Assembly: GCA_030141605.1 (NCBI GenBank)
Contig: JAQGDQ010000384.1
Span: 25,167-89,166 of the forward strand
Direction of reading: 5' to 3'
From: Tubiluchus corallicola
Taxonomy: Eukaryota > Animalia > Priapulida
DNA length: 64,000 bases
The notes beneath the pieces are model-generated. The model saw only the letters and a program-made list of their open reading frames with translations. It had not been told where the DNA came from and searched no databases. Positions 40,081 through 48,848 of this stretch are shown in pieces (the first letter of the stretch is position 1; every line of letters starts with the position of its first letter). The position numbers and the translations under genes were made by a program.

Positions 40081-41106
40081 ATGAAAGAAGAAAAAATAAT
40101 AAAAGGTGTAGCCCCTAACAAAGTTCCCCACAAAACACTTCACACAGGAGCTAAGATACCTGCCATAGGAATGGGAACTTTTGGGTCAGACCGTTTTACA
40201 GGAGAACAAGTAACAGAAGCAGTAAAAGGTGCTGCTATGGCAGGGTATAGACATTTTGATTGTGCTTCTGTGTATGGAAATGAACACTTAATAGGCGAGG
40301 CTTTTAACAATATCATGGCAAATGGTGTGAAGCGTGAAGACTTATGGATTACTTCTAAACTGTGGAATGATAAGCACGGTGAAAACGACGTGATAAATGC
40401 TTGCAAAAGCTCACTTAAAGATTTGCAGTTAGATTACTTAGACCTATACCTTGTTCATTGGCCTTTCCCTAATTACCACGCACCAGGCTGCGATGCAGAT
40501 TCGCGTAATGAATATGCCATTCCTTATATACACGAAAATTTTGTAAAGACGTGGAGACAAATGGAAAGGTTGGTTGAACTGGGGCTGGTTAAACATATAG
40601 GCACTTCTAATATGACCATCCCTAAATTAAAACTACTCCTTAGAGATGCAAAAATAAAGCCAGCAGTGAACGAAATGGAATTGCATCCACATTTTCAACA
40701 GCCAGAACTATTTCAATTTATAGTAGATAATGACATAGTACCTATTGGGTTTTGTCCTATTGGTTCGCCGACTCGTCCTGAACGTGATAAGACAGATAAA
40801 GATACTGTGGATATAGAAGACCCTGTAATAGTAAAAATAGCAAAAAGGTTAAACATTCATCCTGCTGTGGTGTGTTTAAAATGGGCAGTGCAGCGCGGAC
40901 AAATTCCTATTCCATTTTCGGTATATGAAAATGAGTACATAAGCAATCTACAATCTACAATAACAGAACCTATTACTGATGCTGAAATGAAAGAGATAGA
41001 AGGAATTGACAAGAATTGTAGGCTGATAAAGGGACAGGTATTTCTATGGAAAGAAAACCAAAATTGGGAAGACTTATGGGACTTAGATGGAAAAATTGCA
41101 CAGTAA
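40081..41106 (+). CDS. aldo/keto reductase (aldose-reductase-like)
   Basis: GYRHFDCASVYGNE, ITSKLWN, LDLYLVHWP, HIGTSN, EMELHP. Confidence 0.92.
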   Translation: MKEEKIIKGVAPNKVPHKTLHTGAKIPAIGMGTFGSDRFTGEQVTEAVKGAAMAGYRHFDCASVYGNEHLIGEAFNNIMANGVKREDLWITSKLWNDKHGENDVINACKSSLKDLQLDYLDLYLVHWPFPNYHAPGCDADSRNEYAIPYIHENFVKTWRQMERLVELGLVKHIGTSNMTIPKLKLLLRDAKIKPAVNEMELHPHFQQPELFQFIVDNDIVPIGFCPIGSPTRPERDKTDKDTVDIEDPVIVKIAKRLNIHPAVVCLKWAVQRGQIPIPFSVYENEYISNLQSTITEPITDAEMKEIEGIDKNCRLIKGQVFLWKENQNWEDLWDLDGKIAQ

Positions 41107-41146
41107 TTAATTAAAAAATAAAAACTTTAAAAAGGTTGAATATATC

Positions 41147-42208
41147 ATGGAAAGAACAATGAAAGGAGCATACTTGCCGGGTAATAGCACCGTTGTGTTA
41201 AAAGATGTTGCAATACCAGAACCAAAACACGGAGAAGTTTTGATAAAAACAAAATCCTCTACCATTTGTGGCAGTGATATACGAGCCATCTATCACGAGC
41301 ATCTTGGCAAAGGAGCAGAAGGCTACCAAAATAAAATAGCAGGACACGAACCCTGTGGGCAGATAGTAAAATGTGGAGAAGGAATGAAAAAGTTTAAAGA
41401 AGGAGATAGAGTAGTGGTATATCATATATCAGGTTGTGGAGTATGTAACGATTGTAGAAGAGGATATATGATAAGCTGCACCAGTGAAATGCGCGCTGCT
41501 TACGGGTGGCAACGCGACGGAGGCATGGCAAAGTATATATTGGCAGAAGAAAAAGACCTTGTAATGTTACCCGATGAATTGACTTATACAGATGGAGCAC
41601 AAATAGCTTGCGGATTTGGAACAACGTATGAAGGATTAGAAAAAATAGGTATCTGTGGTAACGATGCTGTGTTGGTAGTGGGGTTAGGTCCTGTGGGACT
41701 AGCTACTTTGATGCTTTGTAAATCTTTGGGAGCTAATAAAGTAATAGGAGTTGATACCATAAAGGAACGTTGCGATATAGCATTAGAAAAAAATCTAGCA
41801 GATGAAGTATTCATTTCCGATGCAAATACTTTGGACAAGGTGATGAAAGCAACTAATGGTATGGGGTTTGAAAGAACGGTAGATACTTCGGGACATACTT
41901 TAGGGCGGCAACTGTCTATAAGAGCAACCCGCAAATGGGGTAAATGTGTTTTTATAGGCGAAGGAGGCACTTGTGAGTTCAACCCCAGTCCTGATATTAT
42001 TCACGACCAAATAACCATCTATGGATCTTGGGTCACAAGTATTTGGAAAATGGAAGAATTAGTAGAACGTATAGTTCGTTGGGGAATTCACCCAGAAGAC
42101 TTAGTTACACACCGTTTTACGTTGGATAAAGTTTCCGAGGCTTACGAATTGATGGCTTCTGGAAAGTCAGGAAAAGTGGCAGTAGTGTTTGACGAAGAAA
42201 TAAAATAA
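41147..42208 (+). CDS. zinc-dependent medium-chain (polyol/threonine DH-like) dehydrogenase
   Basis: ICGSD, GHEPCG, structural Zn CGVCNDCRRGYMISC, GLGPVG Rossmann motif. Confidence 0.92.
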   Translation: MERTMKGAYLPGNSTVVLKDVAIPEPKHGEVLIKTKSSTICGSDIRAIYHEHLGKGAEGYQNKIAGHEPCGQIVKCGEGMKKFKEGDRVVVYHISGCGVCNDCRRGYMISCTSEMRAAYGWQRDGGMAKYILAEEKDLVMLPDELTYTDGAQIACGFGTTYEGLEKIGICGNDAVLVVGLGPVGLATLMLCKSLGANKVIGVDTIKERCDIALEKNLADEVFISDANTLDKVMKATNGMGFERTVDTSGHTLGRQLSIRATRKWGKCVFIGEGGTCEFNPSPDIIHDQITIYGSWVTSIWKMEELVERIVRWGIHPEDLVTHRFTLDKVSEAYELMASGKSGKVAVVFDEEIK

Positions 42209-42273
42209 TTATAGGGGAGATAAGATTTAAAACTAATAATTATTCATTTACTAAGGAGATTTTAAATATTTGA

Positions 42274-42307
42274 AAGGAGAAACCTTGAAAACTTTAGGTT
42301 TTTCCTT
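42274..42307 (+). terminator. hairpin after the fucose operon
   Basis: AAGGAGAAACCT / AGGTTTTTCCTT 12-bp stem with one G-U pair. Confidence 0.45.
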
Positions 42308-42334
42308 ACAAAAGTGCTTTTAGCTTTAAGTAAT

Positions 42335-43489
42335 ATGGAAAGAGAAATAAACATAGAGAATGAGTTTATAGAGAACAAGTTACAGTTCTTTACCAATATA
42401 TCTCACGAGTTTAAGACACCTCTTATTTTAATAGTAAAACCTTTGCAAAATATACTATCTATTTATCAGAAAGACAAGGACCTTTCGGAAAGCATAAAAG
42501 TAATTAGAAATAATACGAACCGTTTGATGCGCTTGATTAATCAACTGATGGAGTTTAGAAAAACAGAGGCAGGATATTTGGAGTTCAAACCAGAAAAAGG
42601 AGATATTGTTCATTTTCTCGAAGAATTAAGCTTTTCTTTTATGGAATTAGCTAAGGAAAAAGGCATTACATTCAACTTTAAGTCCCAGGTTGATAAATTG
42701 ACTTTGTCCTTTGATAAAGATAAAGTAGAAAAGATTTTTTATAACTTAATACTCAATGCTTTTAATCATATTGATAATAACGCAAACAAAATTTCAGTAG
42801 AGTTCTCAACTCATACAGATAATAATTCTCCAACTCTCAAAGACAAGGGTTACATAGTAGTTAATAATCAATTGCAATATTATTTTCAAATTGTAATTAA
42901 AAACAATGGCTGTGAAATGAGTGAGGAAAAATTACAACTTATTTTTGAACATTTTTATGAAGAAAAACCCGTGGGGCTTTCAAATTATATCGGGTCGGGA
43001 ATAGGCTTGTATTTATCTAGAAAACTGGTTAGAGCATATGGGGGGTATATGAGCGTTTATAGCAAAAAAGATAAAGGCAATGTTTTTACTGTTAGGCTAC
43101 CTTTGTTTCAAGAAGATATTTCTGTGAAAAACTCTAAAAATAAAAGCTTGTCTCAATGCGATAGAAGATTTTTAAAAAAGATTCAAAATATTGTGGAAGA
43201 GAATGTATCAAACTCCAGCTTTACAGTGAAAGATTTGGAAAAAAAATTAGCATATAGTCGTATGCAATTGTATAGAAGTTTAAAATCAACTATAAATATG
43301 TCTGCCAATGAGTTTATTAGGAACTATCGTTTATACAAAGCTAAAGAACTTTTAAGAAAAGGGGAGTATAATGTTACAGAAGTTTTATATAAAGTAGGAA
43401 TAACAAATCATTCATATTTTACAAAATGTTTCAAAAACAAATATGGTATAGCCCCTAAAAAATATGTAAAGAAACAATATATGATATAG
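42335..43489 (+). CDS. HisKA-HATPase-AraC fusion (HTCS-derived, lacking sensor and receiver domains)
   Basis: FFTNISHEFKTPL H-box, NLILNAF, GSGIGLYLS, then directly SRMQLYRSLK...YFTKCFKNKYGIAP AraC HTH; ATG at 42335 preferred. Confidence 0.8.
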   Translation: MEREINIENEFIENKLQFFTNISHEFKTPLILIVKPLQNILSIYQKDKDLSESIKVIRNNTNRLMRLINQLMEFRKTEAGYLEFKPEKGDIVHFLEELSFSFMELAKEKGITFNFKSQVDKLTLSFDKDKVEKIFYNLILNAFNHIDNNANKISVEFSTHTDNNSPTLKDKGYIVVNNQLQYYFQIVIKNNGCEMSEEKLQLIFEHFYEEKPVGLSNYIGSGIGLYLSRKLVRAYGGYMSVYSKKDKGNVFTVRLPLFQEDISVKNSKNKSLSQCDRRFLKKIQNIVEENVSNSSFTVKDLEKKLAYSRMQLYRSLKSTINMSANEFIRNYRLYKAKELLRKGEYNVTEVLYKVGITNHSYFTKCFKNKYGIAPKKYVKKQYMI

Positions 43490-43801
43490 TTCCGGCTAGT
43501 TAAATATATTAATACTTGTAAATGTAGATTATTTTATGATTTATGTAAGATAAAAACTTATATTTACAAATACATAAAATTCAACTCAATATAAACTTTT
43601 TAACAAGTATGAGACACAAAATAAATTGTACACACTAACTATTTGTCAAAATATTAGTTGGGTATTTTTCTCTTTACCCCAGTACTTAGATAAGATATGT
43701 TCGCCTGTAGAGATACTTATATGTTTGCCTTTAAAATAGACACGCATTAGCTATAGGGGTAGAGTTTTTTCTTATTTGCGAAAATTGAAGAAAACAAAAA
43801 G

Positions 43802-43875
43802 TGATCTCGGAAGGATTCGAACCTTCGACCCACAGCTTAGAAGGCTGTTGCTCTATCCAGCTGAGCTACGAGACC
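43802..43875 (-). tRNA. tRNA-Arg(UCU)
   Basis: GGTCTCG acceptor stem, D arm AGCTCAGCTGGATAGAGC, anticodon arm ACAGC-CTTCTAA-GCTGT, GGTTCGAATCC T loop; CCA not encoded. Confidence 0.97.
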
Positions 43876-43894
43876 ATCATAATCAAAATAAAGC

Positions 43895-43925
43895 ACAAAG
43901 GTAAGAAAAACAAACAAAAATCAAA
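43895..43925 (-). promoter_or_regulatory. Bacteroidota sigma-A promoter for tRNA-Arg
   Basis: TTTG (43925-43922) - N19 - TACCTTTG (43902-43895), full consensus. Confidence 0.7.
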
Positions 43926-43930
43926 AAAAA

Positions 43931-44335
43931 TTACAGCCACTTCAAAACCTTCCACTTACCGCACCAAGTATAAACTACAATACCCACAAAAGCTCCCAAA
44001 GAATTTGCGAAAAAATCATACACATTACCTGAACGTTCCATTATCCAAAAGGCTTGCACCAACTCTAACAAGCCACCATAAAAACTGCAAATTAAAACTA
44101 CATATAAACTCAAAAACTTAAACTGATACGCCTTTCGCATCCAAGCTGCCATCAATACTAAGGACAAACCTAAGTACATAAAAAAATGAGCTCCTTTATC
44201 AGAATGCGGAATTTCTGAAAAAACATCAATCTCTTCCTTTGGAGGTGGTACAACTGATAATATTAAAATAACCAGCCCCATTAACAATACTTTCCAATAA
44301 ATTTTTAAGAAAAATTCCAACCTATTTATCTTCAT
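43931..44335 (-). CDS. VanZ-like family membrane protein
   Basis: SDKGAHFFMY, GGLLELVQ, RSGNVYDFFANSLG. Confidence 0.88.
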   Translation of the reverse strand: MKINRLEFFLKIYWKVLLMGLVILILSVVPPPKEEIDVFSEIPHSDKGAHFFMYLGLSLVLMAAWMRKAYQFKFLSLYVVLICSFYGGLLELVQAFWIMERSGNVYDFFANSLGAFVGIVVYTWCGKWKVLKWL

Positions 44336-44350
44336 AAAAAAACAAATACC

Positions 44351-45073
44351 CTACCACCCGCTTGACAAAACATCTGCAATATGAATAGTCTTAATACTTA
44401 ACTTTTGTTTGTCAATATAACCTTGTAGGTTCATCATACACGAGGCATCGGTAGTAACAATAAACTCAGCACCTGTAGCCACAGCATTTTTTACCTTTTG
44501 TTCTGCCATAGCCACCGAAACAGGCTCGAACTTCACACTAAAACTACCCCCAAACCCACAACACACATCCGTTTCTGCCATTTCTACAAGTTTTAAGCCC
44601 TTAACACCTTCAAGCAACTTACGAGGCTCTTCTTTTATTTTGCATTCGCGCAAACCTGCACACGAATCGTGATAAGTAACTTTATGTTCAAATTTTGCCC
44701 CTATAGAAATAGTTTCCATTTTCTTTACTAAAAACTCTGAAAACTCAAAAACATTCTCTTGTAAAAATTTAAGTTTCTTAACGTATTTCAAATCATCTTT
44801 TAATACTTCTGAAAAATAATTGCGAATATACCCTATACAAGAGGCAGAAGGACTAACAATAATTCTATTTTCATCAAAAACTTCAAAAAATTGTTCTGCA
44901 AACTTTTTTGCCTCTTTCCAATAACCACTGTTGAAGAAAGGTTGTCCACAACAACGCTGCCTTTCATTATAGCTTACTTCTACATCCAACTTTTCTAAAA
45001 CCTTCACTACATTCATAGCCATAGCAGGATAAAATTGGTCTACAAAACAAGGAATAAATAAATCTACTTTCAT
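44351..45073 (-). CDS. CCG-domain Fe-S protein (LutA/YkgE/LldE-like lactate utilization subunit)
   Basis: LFIPCFVDQ, CCGQP, YHDSCAGLR, CCGFGGSFSVK, DASCMMNL. Confidence 0.88.
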   Translation of the reverse strand: MKVDLFIPCFVDQFYPAMAMNVVKVLEKLDVEVSYNERQRCCGQPFFNSGYWKEAKKFAEQFFEVFDENRIIVSPSASCIGYIRNYFSEVLKDDLKYVKKLKFLQENVFEFSEFLVKKMETISIGAKFEHKVTYHDSCAGLRECKIKEEPRKLLEGVKGLKLVEMAETDVCCGFGGSFSVKFEPVSVAMAEQKVKNAVATGAEFIVTTDASCMMNLQGYIDKQKLSIKTIHIADVLSSGW

Positions 45074-45159
45074 ATTACTTATATCTTATATCAACTTTAT
45101 CCTTCAATAAATTAACTAAAAATAAAGCTGTAAAAATAGGAAAAAAACATTAAATTGAT

Positions 45160-45167
45160 TATCTTTG
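45160..45167 (+). promoter_or_regulatory. Bacteroidota -7 element (TATCTTTG)
   Basis: TAnnTTTG match 32 nt before ATG 45200. Confidence 0.5.
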
Positions 45168-45199
45168 TAATATAATTATTATTTTATATTCTAATAGAA

Positions 45200-48100
45200 A
45201 TGGACAAACAAAAGACAATCTTAAAAATTGTTTGCATATTATTCTTAAACCTACTATTGTATAAAAATATAAACGCTCAACTACCTTGTTCTCCTTTTTA
45301 TGATTTTTACGTAAACTCTGATGATTGCTCCAATCTAATAGATAACTACTGCGTTACTCTTACAGAAGATCCAGATGGAAACACAGTGGCAGACCTAATC
45401 CCAAAACATTTACCAAATACATATGATTTTGCTGGCACAGGCACAAATGTAACAGGGACTTACTCGGTTGAAATTAAAGATGAAAATGGAGCGTATATAG
45501 GAATATCAAACGAAGAAGCAGGAATAGAAAACGGTGATGATGATGATTGGTATCTAGACTTTGGAAAAATTACATTTCCTGAGGATGCAACATGCCTTGA
45601 ATATAAATTAATTTTTAACCCAGATGAAATTGGGGAAAGTATCTTTATAGAAATAATCATCTGCAAAAAACCAGAGATGCAATATTTGCTTTACCGAGGA
45701 TCTTTTGTGTGCGGGGATTTATCTCTTACAGACTATGAAATAATCATAGATGCTCCCGAAGCCAAAGATATAGCCTACTATCTTCTATTTGATAATAGGG
45801 GTTTTAGTCCTGGCACTCCTCCTAATGACATTCCCCCAGTCCCTGACGATATTGATAACTACGCAGTATCTCAACCCTCTGGCTTAGACTTAGCAAATAT
45901 TCAAGATAACTTGAATAGAGATTTCTTCTTAGATGATATAGACGGAGGAAATATATCTCCCATCAAAGATCATTGGATATATATACTTGGGAAAAACGCC
46001 ACTTGCTCACTAATGCGCATAGATAAAAATGGACCTAGGTATCACGAAGAAGACACTTGGACTACGAGACCTGAAGCCGAACTATCATTTTTGGATGAAA
46101 ACATTACCAACCTCTGTAATAATGACGAAGTAGGAATAATAGTAAAATTATTTAATGGCTATGTAGGCATGAAAGAATATACCTATACTCTTGTCAATCA
46201 AACTACTGGTACAGAATTAAGACCTATAACAGTTCAGTCAGAAGATGAATCAGTTGACCCTGTACTTGATACTGTTTATATTACAGAAGCGGGAAACTAC
46301 GTTGTAAAGTCCATATCACTATACTACCCTGATCTTCCTTATCCTCCTCCTAATAATCCTTGTTCTAGTGAAGAACCTGCTTCAGACATAATAACTATAG
46401 CAGAAGGTTTTGAAGCAAGCATAACAAGTAAGTATTTCTGCCTAAATGACAAGAAAAATTGTAGTATAAGCATAAGTGGAAACGACAACTACCCTATCAC
46501 GGTTACATACAGTACCCCTTCTGGAAACGAACAGTACACGTTTAACGGAGAAGAAGATATACCTTATATTGTAGCGCTTACAGAAGAAGGAGAATATTCT
46601 CTTGTTTCGGCTGTAGACGGTGAAAACAAATGTAGTGCAAACCTGAAAGGAACTGCGATTGTAGGTGGCAGCCCCACAGCAAGGTTTGTTGATTCAGAAG
46701 CAAAGATATGTACTGGACAAAGAAGCACTGTAGAATTAGAACTTACGGGAGCAACAGAGCTCGAAGTAAAATACTCATTTACCCCAAAAGGTGGAGCTGA
46801 GGGACTTGACAGAATAATACCAACCATTGGCAGCACCTACCCTGCAAAAGACATAACTCACGATTTTACCATTCCTGCAGATGATGCAGATGGAGAAGGT
46901 GTTTATACCTTAAAAAGTGTAAAAAGTCTGTGTGATCAAAGAAATGACCTTAATGACGATAATGATGTATCTCCTGATGTAGATGGATATATAATGGACA
47001 ACTTCAACGAAATAAATGTAAGCATAGAAGAACTTCCTACTGCTATATTTCCGGCTCATGTAAATATTTCCTCTTGTTTTGGGCAACCCCATTCTTACAC
47101 AATAAATTTAGAAGGAGAGCCTCCATTTAGCTTTACCTTTTTAGAATACGAAAACACCCCTCCTTATACTGAACCTTTGTTCAGAGATGTAGTTACTGAT
47201 TACCCCGAAGATACGTATACTCGAAATGTAGAACCAACAACAGGTGAACAAAAAAGGTTGCTCTTCCAATTAGAATACTTTGAAATAACAGATAAAAATT
47301 GCTCAAACGCAGACTATGGGCATTCTGGAACTCTCAATCTCTCAGAATATAACGAGCTAATACCTTATTTCGATATAGAAGAACCTAAAACAATGGATAT
47401 TTGCGGGAATGACACTATTTTTTCCATACCCATAATAATAGAAGGAGTAGATGCAGGAAGTACAATTACTGATATTTATCCTTTTTCAACTTTTGAAGAA
47501 CTTAATCCTGGACCTGATGGCGAAAATTATTATTCAATAGATACAGCCATAACAGTTACTGGTGTAATAACTCTTAAAATAGATTCTGTAAAAGATGATA
47601 ATGGTTGTGTAAGTCTAAAAACAGATGAGATGACTATAAATGCTAAAGAATATCCCCTTGCTCACTTTCAAGATGCTCCTTACCTTTGCCAAGGCAATGG
47701 AATTATAATACCTATTGAGAAAAGAGGTACTACCACACCCCTTTTTCTCTCTTACACAAAAGATGGGGAATATCAAAGAGAAGAAAATATTACTACTGAT
47801 ATCTTCGAAATAGAAGACCCCAGCCTTTCTATCTATATTTTAGATACCATACAGACAAAACAAGGAGATGGCGAAGAAAATTGTATCACTATACTACAAG
47901 ACACATTGGAAGTAAAAGAAGGTCCTGTTGGTATTTCTATTAATGAAGACCCCCCGGGAGACGAGATATGCCCTGATTCGATAAAAACACTTATAATAGG
48001 AAAGGATGATGATGATACCTCTAAGGATATTGTTTATACCTGGTTGGACTGTTCCAGTTGTGGCGATGAAAGAGCAATAATTCTCAAAGAAAAAGATAAA

Positions 48101-48781
48101 GACTCTACCATTATATTAAAAGCAGAAACAACCCACACAGATATTACTGCTTGTATCGTTTACGATACACTTACACTTACAATATTCCCTAAACCAGAAA
48201 CTGAGGATAATCCTGTATTTATATATCCCGAAGACCTTGGCGAAGACAGAACAACGAATATAGCATTTAACGATATTATATCTGAACTAGCAACTCCATT
48301 GTACAGTGAAATAAATTCATCTAAATTCGTTACAATAAAAAAATTAGACCCCTCCACTGGAGAGTTAGAATACAATGCTGGCAACTCAACACAAGTAAAG
48401 CAAGATATATTCACATATGCTCTAAAAATGGATGAATGCCCTGCAAAAATAGATACTGGAAGAGTTGTTTTTATATATCCTAATTTCCCTCAAGACTCTT
48501 TGCTTATTCCAGAAGGAATATCTCCCAATGAGGACGGAAAAAATGATTACCTTAAAATTAGCATCCAAAGAGAAGATGAAACAATCATTTATCGAAAAGA
48601 TGAAGAAATACCCAATAGCAGCATAGAAATATTTAACCGATGGGGCGAAAAAATATACGAAGCATCTCCCTATAAAAACAACTGGGGAGATACCAATATT
48701 CCTGATGGAACCTATTTTTATATATTTCGACTGCCTGAGAAAAACCTAATCAAAAAAAGCTACATTCAAATCAAAAAATAA
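45200..48781 (+). CDS. large acidic Cys-containing surface protein with T9SS type B (gliding-motility-associated) CTD
   Basis: Signal peptide; Ig/PKD-like repeats; IPEGISPNEDGKND...IFNRWGEKIY...YKNNW...PDGTYFYI. Confidence 0.85.
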   Translation: MDKQKTILKIVCILFLNLLLYKNINAQLPCSPFYDFYVNSDDCSNLIDNYCVTLTEDPDGNTVADLIPKHLPNTYDFAGTGTNVTGTYSVEIKDENGAYIGISNEEAGIENGDDDDWYLDFGKITFPEDATCLEYKLIFNPDEIGESIFIEIIICKKPEMQYLLYRGSFVCGDLSLTDYEIIIDAPEAKDIAYYLLFDNRGFSPGTPPNDIPPVPDDIDNYAVSQPSGLDLANIQDNLNRDFFLDDIDGGNISPIKDHWIYILGKNATCSLMRIDKNGPRYHEEDTWTTRPEAELSFLDENITNLCNNDEVGIIVKLFNGYVGMKEYTYTLVNQTTGTELRPITVQSEDESVDPVLDTVYITEAGNYVVKSISLYYPDLPYPPPNNPCSSEEPASDIITIAEGFEASITSKYFCLNDKKNCSISISGNDNYPITVTYSTPSGNEQYTFNGEEDIPYIVALTEEGEYSLVSAVDGENKCSANLKGTAIVGGSPTARFVDSEAKICTGQRSTVELELTGATELEVKYSFTPKGGAEGLDRIIPTIGSTYPAKDITHDFTIPADDADGEGVYTLKSVKSLCDQRNDLNDDNDVSPDVDGYIMDNFNEINVSIEELPTAIFPAHVNISSCFGQPHSYTINLEGEPPFSFTFLEYENTPPYTEPLFRDVVTDYPEDTYTRNVEPTTGEQKRLLFQLEYFEITDKNCSNADYGHSGTLNLSEYNELIPYFDIEEPKTMDICGNDTIFSIPIIIEGVDAGSTITDIYPFSTFEELNPGPDGENYYSIDTAITVTGVITLKIDSVKDDNGCVSLKTDEMTINAKEYPLAHFQDAPYLCQGNGIIIPIEKRGTTTPLFLSYTKDGEYQREENITTDIFEIEDPSLSIYILDTIQTKQGDGEENCITILQDTLEVKEGPVGISINEDPPGDEICPDSIKTLIIGKDDDDTSKDIVYTWLDCSSCGDERAIILKEKDKDSTIILKAETTHTDITACIVYDTLTLTIFPKPETEDNPVFIYPEDLGEDRTTNIAFNDIISELATPLYSEINSSKFVTIKKLDPSTGELEYNAGNSTQVKQDIFTYALKMDECPAKIDTGRVVFIYPNFPQDSLLIPEGISPNEDGKNDYLKISIQREDETIIYRKDEEIPNSSIEIFNRWGEKIYEASPYKNNWGDTNIPDGTYFYIFRLPEKNLIKKSYIQIKK

Positions 48782-48848
48782 GATAACTTTATATTTTAAA
48801 ATACCCTTATTCTTTTTTATACTAAGAATAAAATCATAATAACTGTAA

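Noticed and set aside
43801-44121. 106-aa + strand ORF (MISEGFEPSTHSLEGCCSIQLSY...)
   Set aside because: Antisense translation of tRNA-Arg and vanZ.
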